Notes: generated by a model not told the origin, from the letters alone. Numbered from the stretch's first letter, positions 17,990 to 28,343 are shown. The stretch: DNA of 64,000 nt from Dehalococcoidia bacterium (GCA_034428715.1 DAOUHE010000022.1:15290-79289), one strand, 5' to 3'. Numbers and translations: made by a program.

Positions 17990-19177
17990 TTAGGATGTCG
18001 TCAGCGACGGAAGCTGCCGAAGCTGCTCTAGCAACGCGGTCAACCTCTGAAGCAGGTACTCTATTTCATCGTCGGTGTTATTCTTTCCCAGGGTGAGCCT
18101 CAAACTTCCCCGGGCCAACTCTGCTGATTGACCCAGGGCCAAAAGCACATGGGAAGGCTCCAGGGAACCCGAGCTACAGGCGCTGCCGCTAGAAGCGGCT
18201 ATCCCCGCCATGTCCAGGCCCAGCAGGATGGGCTCGCCCTCCACCCCTTGAAACGAAAAGTTCACGTTGTTTGGCAGCCTTTCGGTGGGGTGGCCATTCA
18301 AACGGCTTCCGGGGATGTTGTCGGTTATATGCCCGATGATCCGGTCCCTCAAGGCTATGCAATGCCTGCTGGCTTCCTCGCGCTGTCCATCGGCCGCTTG
18401 CAACGCCACCGACAATCCCACTATACCCGGTATGTTTTCGGTTCCAGAACGCCGCTCCCGTTCCTGGCCACCACCCAATATCAGCGGTAAGATGGGCGTT
18501 CCCCGCTTAACGAAGAGCACTCCGGTACCCTTGGGCCCGTAAAACTTGTGGCCCGAGAGACTCAGCAGGTCCACCCCCAGCCGCGTTACGTCCAAATCCA
18601 AGTAACCGGCCGCCTGCACGGCATCGGTGTGGAAAGCGATGGTCCGCTTCAACTCTGACGCTCGCTGCCGAACCACCTGTGAGATCTGGCTGATAGGATT
18701 GATGGTCCCGATCTCGTTGTTGGCATACATGATGGTGACCAGTGTGGTCCGGCCGGTCATGGCCTGGTACACGGCGTCTGGTTGGATCATCCCATCGGAA
18801 TCGACAGTCAGGTATGTGACTTCGAATCCCATGGTCTCCAGGTGTTGGCATGCATGAAGGACAGCGTGGTGCTCCACACTGGAAGTGATGATGTGATTTC
18901 CGGTTTCTTGCATGGCGGTGGCAACGCCAAAGATCGCCGCGTTGTCGGCTTCGGTACCGCTGCCCGTGAAGACCACCTCCCGGGACCGGCATTTTAGGAC
19001 GGTGGCAACCCGGTCCCGCGCGTCGTCTAGGGCGCAACGGGCCTCTTGCCCCATAGCGTGGAGACTTGATGGATTACCGTAGGAGTTACTGAAATACGGC
19101 AGCATGGCTTCCAGGACCAGAGAGTCCATGGGAGTAGTGCCGGCGTGGTCTAAATAAACGATTTCCTGTGACGCCAT
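17990..19177 (-). CDS. cysteine desulfurase (NifS/IscS-type, class V aminotransferase)
   Basis: 395 aa. PLP-lysine segment [10 protein letters not shown] and active-site [15 protein letters not shown]. Confidence 0.85.
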   Translation of the reverse strand: MASQEIVYLDHAGTTPMDSLVLEAMLPYFSNSYGNPSSLHAMGQEARCALDDARDRVATVLKCRSREVVFTGSGTEADNAAIFGVATAMQETGNHIITSSVEHHAVLHACQHLETMGFEVTYLTVDSDGMIQPDAVYQAMTGRTTLVTIMYANNEIGTINPISQISQVVRQRASELKRTIAFHTDAVQAAGYLDLDVTRLGVDLLSLSGHKFYGPKGTGVLFVKRGTPILPLILGGGQERERRSGTENIPGIVGLSVALQAADGQREEASRHCIALRDRIIGHITDNIPGSRLNGHPTERLPNNVNFSFQGVEGEPILLGLDMAGIAASSGSACSSGSLEPSHVLLALGQSAELARGSLRLTLGKNNTDDEIEYLLQRLTALLEQLRQLPSLTTS

Positions 19178-19344
19178 TGACTACCTCGTGTTTGGTTCCC
19201 GCGCCTGCGCTCCCGCTTGAGAACCAGGGCGTATTTTAGCACAGCTTAGGTACAGCGGGGGTTTGGCCACCAGTATTTCGCGCCGCTTTTCCCTTGGACA
19301 GGCTCGAGTCTAGACCCGGGTTATTTCCTGTTCTATTTCCTGGA

Positions 19345-20331
19345 CTATTTCCTGGTCCAGAAGAATCGCCTGGACCTTTTGCCTGCCATCAACTGCCCTA
19401 TTTGGTCACGGCCGACCACCCCCACCACCATACCGTTTTGAATTACCGGCAGGCGAACCACGCCCAAAGTCTCCATCTGTTCCAGGGCATGGGACACTGT
19501 ATCTTCTGGAACGATGTGAGGAGCGTCTGATAGTTGGTATTCCTCAGATACATTCAGCGCGGAGAAGCCGGGCGGTCTTGCTACCATTACCTGGCCGACG
19601 GTAAATTCCTTCAGCCTTTCCTTTTCCCGCTCCTGCCGATAAGCCGAACTGGCAGCGGAGAGGAGAAAAGCTCCGATCAAAGCCATCCAGGCGCTCTGCA
19701 CCTGATGAAAGAAAATCACCAACAGGATTCCCGCGGCAATCATCACCGCACCCAAGAGTTGTCCCAATGAAGCAGCTAGTTGGGTTGCGCGCCAATAGTT
19801 TCCCGTAAGGCCCCAAACCGCCGACCGGAGGACCCTGCCTCCGTCCAGCGGAAATCCGGGCAACATATTGAATGCCGCCAAGCCAAGGTTTACCAAAGCC
19901 AGGATGAAAAGGACCGCGCCAAGGGCCGAGTGGCCATCCCGCAGCAGGAGCCATAAACCGGCGAAGACCCCGCTCAGGATCAAACTGCTCAACGGCCCAA
20001 CCAGGGCGATGGTGAACTCGACCAATGGGCGCCCCGCTTCGTGGGCCAGTTGGGAAACGCCGCCGAAGATAAACAGCGTTATCTTTCGCACGGGTATCCC
20101 CCAACGCTCGGCAACCACGCTATGGGTCAACTCGTGGGCCAGCACCGACATGAAAAAAAGCACGGACGTGGCCGCGGCGGCTATCCACCGTTGGGTTTCG
20201 GGCCAGAATGGCTGGGTCCGGCCGAAATATTCGGCCATGAGGTAGGTTATCAACCCAAAGATCAAGATCCAGGTGAAGTGGATCTCGATGGGGATGCCGA
20301 ATATTTTGCCTAGACGTAGGGACGCGCCCAC
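19345..20331 (-). CDS. M50 site-2-protease family metalloprotease with C-terminal CBS pair
   Basis: 328 aa with a GTG start. HELTH zinc motif within transmembrane (TM) helices, and a C-terminal CBS-like region (VMVARPP... VVRLPVIQNGMVVGVV). Confidence 0.8.
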   Translation of the reverse strand: MGASLRLGKIFGIPIEIHFTWILIFGLITYLMAEYFGRTQPFWPETQRWIAAAATSVLFFMSVLAHELTHSVVAERWGIPVRKITLFIFGGVSQLAHEAGRPLVEFTIALVGPLSSLILSGVFAGLWLLLRDGHSALGAVLFILALVNLGLAAFNMLPGFPLDGGRVLRSAVWGLTGNYWRATQLAASLGQLLGAVMIAAGILLVIFFHQVQSAWMALIGAFLLSAASSAYRQEREKERLKEFTVGQVMVARPPGFSALNVSEEYQLSDAPHIVPEDTVSHALEQMETLGVVRLPVIQNGMVVGVVGRDQIGQLMAGKRSRRFFWTRK

Positions 20332-20449
20332 GCTATTTCCTCACCATCGTGAGTAAATCTGAATGTCCGGTGGGTCTCGCCAAAATCGCCGTCATCTTTT
20401 CCCCGGGCACGTCTCGCCCCAACAGGTCTTGAATGAGAAACGGTAACAT

Positions 20450-21340
20450 TCACTCACGAAATGCCGTAGCGTAGGCCACCAGTTTGTACACCAACTTTGC
20501 GGCGGTATAGGCGCACGCCGGGGGACCATCGCTGGGTGACAGTTCGCATACGTCGAAGCCGACGATCTGGCGGGACTGGGCAACCTCTTTCAGCAGCCCC
20601 GTCAATCGGCCCCAATCCATGCCTCCCGGCTCGGGAGTACCCACCGCCGGCATCAACGCTGGATCTAAAACGTCTAGATCGACACTTATGTAAACCCGGG
20701 GGCTCAGAAGATCGATGATTCCTTTGTTGAAGGCGGCGCTGTCCAAATCCGATGGCCAGGTAAAAGCAGGCAAGGAACTGGCCTTGATGTAATCGCTTTC
20801 CTCTTGGCTCATACTCCGGATCCCGGCCAGTACCATAGGGCAGACATCATGGATCCGCCGGGCGCCCGAGGCGTGGCCCCAGGAGGTACCCATATATTCG
20901 TCCCTCAAGTCGGCATGGGCGTCCAGATAAAGCACGGAAAGGTCTGGATAGACTTCGGCGTGGGCCAGTACCGCTCCGGCGGCCAGGGAATGTTCCCCTC
21001 CCATCACCCCCACCAGTTTCCCCATATTCAGGTAGTGGGCCACCGCCGTCCTCACCCTTTGGGCCATTTGCTCGGGCCCACCCATATGGGGTTCCAGCGC
21101 CGCGGTGGTGGCGATTCCCACCAGTGAGACATCCAAGTCTAATTCGGCATCGTAATCTTCTAGACCATTAGATGCCTGAATCATCGCGTTGGGACCATCA
21201 CGGGCGCCGCTGCGAAAGGATGTGCTGCTGTCGTAGGGGACGGGGATCAAAACCGCTTTGGCCAAGTCGAGCCGGCATTGCTCATAGGGGAGCGCTAGAA
21301 AATTGTACGGAACCTCAGGGATGCCACCAGGTTCAGACAC
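20450..21340 (-). CDS. speB: agmatinase / ureohydrolase family
   Basis: 296 aa. Mn-binding motifs GGEHS, DAHADL and SVDLDVLDP. The GTG start overlaps the speH stop by 8 nt. Confidence 0.8.
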   Translation of the reverse strand: MSEPGGIPEVPYNFLALPYEQCRLDLAKAVLIPVPYDSSTSFRSGARDGPNAMIQASNGLEDYDAELDLDVSLVGIATTAALEPHMGGPEQMAQRVRTAVAHYLNMGKLVGVMGGEHSLAAGAVLAHAEVYPDLSVLYLDAHADLRDEYMGTSWGHASGARRIHDVCPMVLAGIRSMSQEESDYIKASSLPAFTWPSDLDSAAFNKGIIDLLSPRVYISVDLDVLDPALMPAVGTPEPGGMDWGRLTGLLKEVAQSRQIVGFDVCELSPSDGPPACAYTAAKLVYKLVAYATAFRE

Positions 21341-21854
21341 CAGGCTGACCCGTTCCCGTGTCCGTGCCCATCGTTCTTCCAGTCCTGCTTCCAGCCGTTG
21401 TTCCAGCCGTTGTTCCAGCCGGCGATCCCCTGGCCTCCAGTTGGGCTCTTTGTTGCTGGGTTTCCAATTTTCCTTGCCTGGAATCCAGCCACTCCAAGCC
21501 CCGCTCCAGCTGCCAGGTTTCCACCTCTTCCAGGGCGAACAGCTTTTTTACCCGGGAGAGCGCCCCATCACTATCGAAGGGTCGGCAGGAAAAGATGTCA
21601 ACGTTGACGTGGTCACGGCGGGGAAATGTATGAACACTGATATGGCTTTCGGCAATGATGACGAACCCCGAAACCCCCGAGTCTTCGGGTTTGGGGGCAT
21701 GATATTCCAGTACCGACGGCTCCGTGATGCGGGTCATCCCGATGGCGTCGGGGAGGTCATACAAAAATTGCCGTATCGACTCGGCATCCCACATCATTCC
21801 GCTATCGCCACCGTATCCGTCAATGACCAGGTGCATCCCAGTTGTCGCCTCCAA
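21333..21854 (-). CDS. speH: S-adenosylmethionine decarboxylase proenzyme (small class 1) with C-terminal extension
   Basis: 173 aa. Self-processing motif AESHISVHTFP. About 50 extra C-terminal residues include GTTAGTTAG, encoded by a short 12-nt tandem repeat. Confidence 0.8.
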   Translation of the reverse strand: MEATTGMHLVIDGYGGDSGMMWDAESIRQFLYDLPDAIGMTRITEPSVLEYHAPKPEDSGVSGFVIIAESHISVHTFPRRDHVNVDIFSCRPFDSDGALSRVKKLFALEEVETWQLERGLEWLDSRQGKLETQQQRAQLEARGSPAGTTAGTTAGSRTGRTMGTDTGTGQPGV

Positions 21855-22094
21855 AAATGAATCCTAATATAGGTATTGCCAATAAAGCTTATTCGCCGCT
21901 TGCGTCATGCCTTGGCAAATCTAGGCGTATAGAATATCATCACTCATTGCTATGCACAATTTGCGCATGAAAGTTCATCCCGCTAAAACCCGGCAGGGCC
22001 AACTGCTCTCCGGCAAACGAGGCACGACGGGTTTCCGAATCGGGCCGCCGGAATACTTCTGGGCAATTGCCCAGAAAAACAGGAACCTAGAAAT

Positions 22095-23033
22095 ATGATG
22101 ATCCAGGCCACCGGCTTAACCCATTTCTACGGCCCTCGGCCGGCTATAGATGACGTGAATTTCACGGTGGAAAAGGGTGAGATCCTAGGCTTCTTGGGCC
22201 CGAATGGCGCCGGCAAGACCACCACCATGCGGATACTCACAGGGTTCATGCCGCCCACCCGAGGAAAGGTGACCGTAGACGGCTACGACGTAGTAGAGCA
22301 ATCGCTGGAGGTTCGCAGAAAGATCGGCTACCTCCCTGAAACGGTGCCGCTGTACACCGACATGACGGTTTCAAGCTACTTGAAGTATATGGGAACCCTC
22401 CGAGCCATGCCCTCCAAGGAAATCAAACGGCGCATTGGCGAGGTGGTGGATGTTTGCCGGCTGGGGGATTACCACAAAACGATCATCGGCAAACTTTCCA
22501 AAGGCTTCCGCCAGCGGGTGGGGGTGGCCCAAGCCATTCTTCACGAACCCGAGGTCCTGGTCTTGGACGAGCCAACCATCGGCATCGACCCGATCCAGGT
22601 GGTTGAGACACGCCGGCTGATCCAAGACCTGGGAAAAAGTCAGACTGTGGTATTAAGCAGCCACATCTTGCCCGAAGTCAGCATGATCTGCGAGCGGGTC
22701 ATGATCATCAATGAAGGCAAGATCGTGGCCGAGGACACGCCCGCCAACTTGGCCCAACGCCTTGAGGGTGTGAACCGGATGGAGATCGAGATAGGCGGTC
22801 CTGCCAACGAGGTGATGGCCGCGCTGCGAAGGGTTGAGGGGGTAACTGATGTCAGCCACCGGTCCGCACAGGGCAAAGAATTCTATACGGTCCAGGTCCG
22901 AGGCGGCCAGGATCTGCGGGATGAGATCTCAAGGGCGGTGGTCAGCAGTGGATGGAGCCTGCTCAGCATGCAGTCGGTGGGAATGAGCCTCGAGGATATT
23001 TTCCTCAAACTGACCACCAACGAGGAGTTGTAA
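22095..23033 (+). CDS. ABC transporter ATP-binding protein (ABC-2 / GldA-like)
   Basis: 312 aa. Walker A GPNGAGKTT, signature LSKGFRQR, Walker B VLVLDEP. Confidence 0.85.
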   Translation: MMIQATGLTHFYGPRPAIDDVNFTVEKGEILGFLGPNGAGKTTTMRILTGFMPPTRGKVTVDGYDVVEQSLEVRRKIGYLPETVPLYTDMTVSSYLKYMGTLRAMPSKEIKRRIGEVVDVCRLGDYHKTIIGKLSKGFRQRVGVAQAILHEPEVLVLDEPTIGIDPIQVVETRRLIQDLGKSQTVVLSSHILPEVSMICERVMIINEGKIVAEDTPANLAQRLEGVNRMEIEIGGPANEVMAALRRVEGVTDVSHRSAQGKEFYTVQVRGGQDLRDEISRAVVSSGWSLLSMQSVGMSLEDIFLKLTTNEEL

Positions 23034-23188
23034 GGATGCGCACGGTCCAAGCGGTGGCTTGGGAAAAGATCCGGATCTACTTCAGCAAACCCACCGACTA
23101 TTTCGTCGCAAGGATGCGCACAGTCCAAGCGGTGGCTTGGAAAGAGATCCAGATCTACTTCAGCAGTCCCACCGCCTATATCGTCGGA
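23033..23188 (+). repeat. 78-bp tandem duplication (2 copies) spanning the permease start
   Basis: AGGATGCGCAC(G/A)GTCCAAGCGGTGGCTTGG... occurs at 23033 and again at 23111. Each copy carries its own ATG (23036 and 23114). Confidence 0.85.
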
Positions 23189-23827
23189 ATGATATTCCTT
23201 GCCCTGGCCGGTTTCTTCTTCGTTAGGGACTTGGGTGACCCTTTCCCCGAGGCATCCCTCAGACCATTTTTCCAGGGGGCGACCATCATCCTGGTCTTGA
23301 TGGGGCCCATACTGACCATGCGGCTGATGGCCGAAGAACAAAAAATGGGCACCATAGAGCTATTGCTCACATCACCGGTGCGTGACTGGGAGGTGGTGAT
23401 TGGCAAGTACCTAGCCAGCTTGGTGTTTTTCCTGGCCACGTTGGCCCTGACTCTGTACTACGTCATTCTCCTGGTATCGTTCGCCGACCCGGACCCGGGC
23501 CCGATATTCTCCGGCTATTTGGGCCTGGTCTTGTACGGCGCCGCCGTCCTGGCGATAGGATTGCTGACTTCGACATTGACCAGCAACCAGATAGTTTCGG
23601 CCGTGGTGGCCATGGGCATTCTGTTGGTGCTATATTTCGCCGACGCCGCTTCGACCACGCTAGGAAGCACCGCCTCGTCCATCATCGGCGAGGTGGGCAT
23701 CAAGACCCATTTCGATGATTTTAACAGCGGCGTGATCGACACCAAACACGTGATGTACTACATCGCCTTCGTCGCATTCTTCCTGTTCCTGACCATTCGG
23801 GCCCTGGAATCGCGGAGGTGGAGGTAG
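23036..23827 (+). CDS. ABC-2 type permease (GldF-like)
   Basis: Starts 2 nt after the ATPase stop and has multiple TM helices. The N-terminal 26 residues are duplicated, so the alternative start at 23114 would give 237 aa. Confidence 0.75.
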   Translation: MRTVQAVAWEKIRIYFSKPTDYFVARMRTVQAVAWKEIQIYFSSPTAYIVGMIFLALAGFFFVRDLGDPFPEASLRPFFQGATIILVLMGPILTMRLMAEEQKMGTIELLLTSPVRDWEVVIGKYLASLVFFLATLALTLYYVILLVSFADPDPGPIFSGYLGLVLYGAAVLAIGLLTSTLTSNQIVSAVVAMGILLVLYFADAASTTLGSTASSIIGEVGIKTHFDDFNSGVIDTKHVMYYIAFVAFFLFLTIRALESRRWR

Positions 23828-23828
23828 C

Positions 23829-25847
23829 ATGACAAGCCGATCCACCGGCCAGCCCGGGGACTGGCGGCAACGGCGCCGATCTGCAGAGCAGGGTTCCAGC
23901 ACCGGCCCCGAAGATGGCCAAAACCAAAGCGAAGCCGGCCCGCCCCAAGACGAGGACTCCCGTGTTTCCCGCACGCTATTCAGTTTCATGGAGCCGGCGC
24001 TTAACCGCATCGGTACCTACGGCGCCCCCATGGTCTTGGCGGGGATCATCGGTTTGGCTGCAGGTGTGGCGTTGGTGGCCTTTGTGCCCTCCATGAGCCT
24101 TTACGGCTTCATCAACATCGGTATCGGTATATTCTTGATCGGCCTCATCGCCTTGATATCCTTGAGTTCCGTTGTGGCCGCGTTTTTCAGCAGGACGGGC
24201 CGTTACGGAGTCAACTCCACCATCATGCTCCTGGCGTTCACCGGCATCATAGTGGTCATCAGCATCATTTCCTTTGAAAACACCAAGCGGATAGATATGA
24301 CCGCCACCAACCAGTTCAGCTTGGCCCAACGGACTCAGGACTCGTTAAAGCAACTGGAAAACCCGGTTCAGGTCACGGCATTCTTCAAGGAAACACGGGT
24401 TGGTGACTTCGACGCCCTGGTCCGGCGCGTCCGGGTTGATGAGGCCTTACAGGAATTCAAAGCCGCGCGTTCCAGCAAGTTCTTCTACGAGTTCAAAGAC
24501 CCGGACCTGGAGCCAGACCTGGTCCGAAAGTTCTTTGGCGACACCCTCACACCATTTGAGAATGAGACCATTGTCCTCGAGGACCTGACCTCGGGAAGGA
24601 TCCATACGATAGTGCCAACCGACTGGTCCGACGGCCGCCTGGAACAACAGCTGGCCACCGGATTGCTGGTAATCGCCGGGCAAGAGAAACGGACGATTTA
24701 CTTCCTGTCGGGCCACGGCGAACGGGGCATCAACAGCAACAGCGCCGATGGTTACTCGATCGTTAGGGGATGGCTGGAAGGGGAGAATTACGACGTTCGC
24801 ACCCTGAGATGGGGCGCGGACCAAACGGACGTTAGCGTGCCCGACGGATTCTGCGACTCCAGTGAGGCAACCTGCCTGCCGGAAGCCGCCATGGTGGTCA
24901 TTGCCCGGCCCACGGCCGAGTTTCCCGACGACCACGCCGTGGCGTTGGACCTCTACCTGCGGGGATTACGGGTCAATCCCGAAGATGGATCATCTTTGAT
25001 CCCCCGGCGGGAAGGCGGGCGTTTAATCTTCTTGGCCGAACCCGACACGCCGACCTCTTATAAGCAATTCTTGGTCGGCTGGGGAATCGTGGTGGCGCAG
25101 GGGTACATCCGGGACGAGTTGAGGTCGCCCAAGGGCCAGCCTAGAACCCTGCAGGTGCGGGCAGCAGATCTGAGGCAGCTTCCACCCGAGGTAATCGACC
25201 GGGCGTCGGAGGACATCAAGTCGGAGGACTTCCGTAAGGCGTTGCAGGCGGAGGAATTCCTTAAGACGTTGAAGGCGTTGGAGGGCATAACCTCTCCGAA
25301 GGGAGAAGCACTGGATGATACATACATGCCCGGCGCGGCGGCCTTAGCCACCCTGGGTTACGGCCAAATGCTACCTAACGGCCAAATACTACCTACCGTA
25401 CAGTTGGCCATGACCTCGCAACAGAGCTACCTAATCAGTGACATCGAGCGGACCGACGCCATTAAAGACCAGGGGGACCAATCCGACCCCTTGGGCCCCT
25501 TCTCGCCGGTGGTATACCGGGAGTCTTCCGGGCCGCTGGGCCAGATCGACCCTAACCAGCAACCGGCGGACAATCAGCTATCAACGATATTGGTGTTCGG
25601 CGATTCGGACTTCATTTCCAACGGTTCTCTGGGAAACCCCAGGGGCAGTGGCGTCGACTTCTTTCTAAACTCGGCCAATCACCTCCTCGGAGACTTCACC
25701 CTGGTATCCATCAGGCCAAAGGCGTCTAGCTTCAGGGAGTTCTATCTAGACAGCAACGAATACAACTTTGTGCGATTCTCAACCTGGCTTTTCATGCCAG
25801 GATTGTTGGCGCTCATGGCTGGATTGGTGTGGTGGGTGCGGCGTTAG
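23829..25847 (+). CDS. GldG-like ABC-transporter auxiliary protein
   Basis: 672 aa. N- and C-terminal TM anchors flank a large extracytoplasmic domain, the typical position after GldA/GldF-like genes. The N-terminal ~55 residues are low complexity, so the true start may be the ATG near 23991. Confidence 0.65.
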   Translation: MTSRSTGQPGDWRQRRRSAEQGSSTGPEDGQNQSEAGPPQDEDSRVSRTLFSFMEPALNRIGTYGAPMVLAGIIGLAAGVALVAFVPSMSLYGFINIGIGIFLIGLIALISLSSVVAAFFSRTGRYGVNSTIMLLAFTGIIVVISIISFENTKRIDMTATNQFSLAQRTQDSLKQLENPVQVTAFFKETRVGDFDALVRRVRVDEALQEFKAARSSKFFYEFKDPDLEPDLVRKFFGDTLTPFENETIVLEDLTSGRIHTIVPTDWSDGRLEQQLATGLLVIAGQEKRTIYFLSGHGERGINSNSADGYSIVRGWLEGENYDVRTLRWGADQTDVSVPDGFCDSSEATCLPEAAMVVIARPTAEFPDDHAVALDLYLRGLRVNPEDGSSLIPRREGGRLIFLAEPDTPTSYKQFLVGWGIVVAQGYIRDELRSPKGQPRTLQVRAADLRQLPPEVIDRASEDIKSEDFRKALQAEEFLKTLKALEGITSPKGEALDDTYMPGAAALATLGYGQMLPNGQILPTVQLAMTSQQSYLISDIERTDAIKDQGDQSDPLGPFSPVVYRESSGPLGQIDPNQQPADNQLSTILVFGDSDFISNGSLGNPRGSGVDFFLNSANHLLGDFTLVSIRPKASSFREFYLDSNEYNFVRFSTWLFMPGLLALMAGLVWWVRR

Positions 25848-25929
25848 GCAGACCAACGCGATCATATTTCGCTAGGCGACCGTTCCGGCCTGACCGGGGC
25901 GCATACACGGATTTCTCGAGCGGCATAGT

Positions 25930-26895
25930 ATGAATTTGAGACTCTCCATCCTGTTGGTTGCCATTTTGGTCGTTTTTGGCGGCACGTTCCTCGTAGTCAG
26001 GCTTACCTCGTCTGGCAGCGGGGCCCCCAGCGAGCCCTGGATGTACCGCATGGACGAGAGCGCCCTGGTCAATATCACGGTCAGTTCCGGTGGACAGACC
26101 GTGGAATACGCCAGAAAACCCGGAGGCACCACCTGGTACATCCAGCAAGAACCGGAAGTCCCCGTGTTCTTGGACAAATGGAGTGGAACTCCGCTGCTGC
26201 TTAGCGGTCCCCGGGTAAACCGGGTCCTGGGCGCTACGATAGATGACCCGGCAACCTACGGACTGGACCCGCCTGAGGCGGCGGTCACGGTGGTGCAGAG
26301 GGGCGGCGAGTCTTTCGAATTTCACCTGGGCATCAAAACCCCCGACGAGGCCAATCAATATGCGCGGCTGGTGGGCGATCCACAACTGTTCACCGTTCCA
26401 GAGATTTGGGGGATGGTCATAACCCGCCTCGCCCTGGAGCCGCCCTACCCTCGTCTATTCGGTATCGAAGAGGAAAACCTGATCTACATCGAAGTCACGC
26501 AAGATAGGAAGACCGAGCGTTACGCCGGCCGCCTGCGGAGTGGCGGCAGGGAATGGCTAGCACTACAGGAGGATGGCGACATTCCCGTTGACATGGATAG
26601 ATGGGGCGATATCGCCGCCAGGGTCAGCGATACTGAGGTCTACGATGTGCTGTCCGAGGAGATAGCAGACCCGGCGGCGCTGGGACTGGAACCTCCTCAG
26701 ATAACGGCCAAGATCGGCGCGCGCGACGGGGCCATTTTCGTGGTCCACCTGGGCAATACAACGCCCAATGGAAATCAGATCTACGGCCGCCTGGTCGGCC
26801 TACCAGAACTTTACGCCGTCCCTCTGGATTGGGTAGAAACCATCACGGGATTGGTGACGGACCCCCCTTATACGGCAGGTTTGACAAGCCCTTGA
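25930..26895 (+). CDS. DUF4340-like membrane-anchored protein
   Basis: 321 aa. Single N-terminal TM helix (LSILLVAILVVFGGTFLVV). Repeated Y-G-L-D/EPP segments, as I recall for DUF4340 proteins that follow GldG genes. Confidence 0.55.
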   Translation: MNLRLSILLVAILVVFGGTFLVVRLTSSGSGAPSEPWMYRMDESALVNITVSSGGQTVEYARKPGGTTWYIQQEPEVPVFLDKWSGTPLLLSGPRVNRVLGATIDDPATYGLDPPEAAVTVVQRGGESFEFHLGIKTPDEANQYARLVGDPQLFTVPEIWGMVITRLALEPPYPRLFGIEEENLIYIEVTQDRKTERYAGRLRSGGREWLALQEDGDIPVDMDRWGDIAARVSDTEVYDVLSEEIADPAALGLEPPQITAKIGARDGAIFVVHLGNTTPNGNQIYGRLVGLPELYAVPLDWVETITGLVTDPPYTAGLTSP

Positions 26896-27021
26896 TTCGG
26901 CTGGAAAACGGTGTTCTTTATCACATGGGCCTTCATCACACCCTGAAATAATTATTAGATGAATCGGCCCGACATCCGCCACCGCAACCTTTATGGGCGC
27001 CGTTACCCATGAAGCACGGCG

Positions 27022-28335
27022 GTGGCACCTTCCGCTTATTTGTTCAATTGGGGTGTTTTGTTGAAAGCTGAAATCTTCTCCATCGGCACCGAACTGCTCA
27101 TGGGAGAACTGACCGACACCAACGCCGCATGGATCGCCGGGCGTCTGCCTCCCCTGGGCATCGAGCTACAATGGGTTTCCATCATCGGCGATAACCTGAA
27201 TATGCTGAGCGAGGCATTTGCCCGGGGAATGGAACGGTCGGACATCATCTTCACCACGGGCGGGTTGGGACCCACCCAGGACGACCTGACTCGTGAGGCG
27301 GTGGCCAAGGCCTTTGGCGAGACTCCCACCGTTCAGGAAGAGGTGGTCCGGGATCTGGAGGAATACTTCAGGGGCCGGGGCACGGATATGCCCTCCCATA
27401 ACATCAAGCAGGCCCACCTGATACCCTCGGCCCGATTCATCCCCAACCCCAACGGCACCGCTCCTGGTTGGTGGACCGAACGCGACGGGAAGATCGTGGT
27501 AAACATGCCGGGACCTCCCGGTGAGACCCATCCCATGTGGGAGGATCAGATCGCCCCGCGTCTCCGAGAATTGATCAGCGGCGAGGTCACCATCACCCGA
27601 AACGTCAAAACCATGGGCATGTCGGAAGGGGCCATCGACGAGATCGTGGGGGAGTTCTTCGGCCACGATAACCCCTATCTGGGCATCTATTCCAAAGCGG
27701 ATGGCATTCACCTGAGGGTGATTGCCCGGGCCAAGGATGAGGCCACGGCCCGGATGATGATCGAGCCGGTGGAAACGGCGATCCACCAGCGGCTGGGGCC
27801 ATACGTCTGGGGTTACGACGACGAGACGCCGGAGGTTGCCGTGGGCCTAGCCCTGATAGAAAGGGGAATGACATTGGCCACCATGGAGTCCTGCACTGGG
27901 GGGTATCTGGGCAACAGCATAACTGAGGTCCCCGACAGCGCATTTTATTTCAAAGGCGGGCTGGTGGCTTACAGCAGAGATTCAATGATCGCGGCCGGAG
28001 TCCCAGCACAAGTGATAGACAGCCACAGTGAGGTCAGTCAGGAGACGGCAATGGCCATGGCCCAAGCGGTCCGCCGTGAGTTGAAGGCCGATTACGGCAT
28101 CGGTATCGCCGGATCAATTTCTCCCACGACACCGACCGCGTCCGCTTCACAGGTAAGGCCTTCTGAGGAGCCAGCATCGGTGAGAAGGCCTATGGGCACC
28201 GCCTACGTGGCCATCGTCGGACCGGAAGGCGTCAAGGAAATGGAACTGCGGGTGCCTCCCCGACGCATCACCATCAAGCGCCGCATATCCAACAACGCGC
28301 TGATAGAGCTGAAAAAGCTGATAGCGGAGGGGTGA
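27022..28335 (+). CDS. cinA: CinA family protein (MoCF-binding domain plus nicotinamide-nucleotide amidase domain)
   Basis: KAEIFSIGTELLMGELTDTN N-terminus and a C-terminal CinA/PncC-like domain (MESCTGGYLG). The real start is probably the TTG near 27058-27061. Confidence 0.8.
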   Translation: MAPSAYLFNWGVLLKAEIFSIGTELLMGELTDTNAAWIAGRLPPLGIELQWVSIIGDNLNMLSEAFARGMERSDIIFTTGGLGPTQDDLTREAVAKAFGETPTVQEEVVRDLEEYFRGRGTDMPSHNIKQAHLIPSARFIPNPNGTAPGWWTERDGKIVVNMPGPPGETHPMWEDQIAPRLRELISGEVTITRNVKTMGMSEGAIDEIVGEFFGHDNPYLGIYSKADGIHLRVIARAKDEATARMMIEPVETAIHQRLGPYVWGYDDETPEVAVGLALIERGMTLATMESCTGGYLGNSITEVPDSAFYFKGGLVAYSRDSMIAAGVPAQVIDSHSEVSQETAMAMAQAVRRELKADYGIGIAGSISPTTPTASASQVRPSEEPASVRRPMGTAYVAIVGPEGVKEMELRVPPRRITIKRRISNNALIELKKLIAEG

Positions 28336-28343
28336 TGCCCCCA

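Noticed and set aside
19300-19345. Three TATTTCCTG(G/T) direct repeats just past the M50 protease stop
   Set aside because: The repeats are very short and degenerate. No hairpin or known motif, and likely a chance occurrence.
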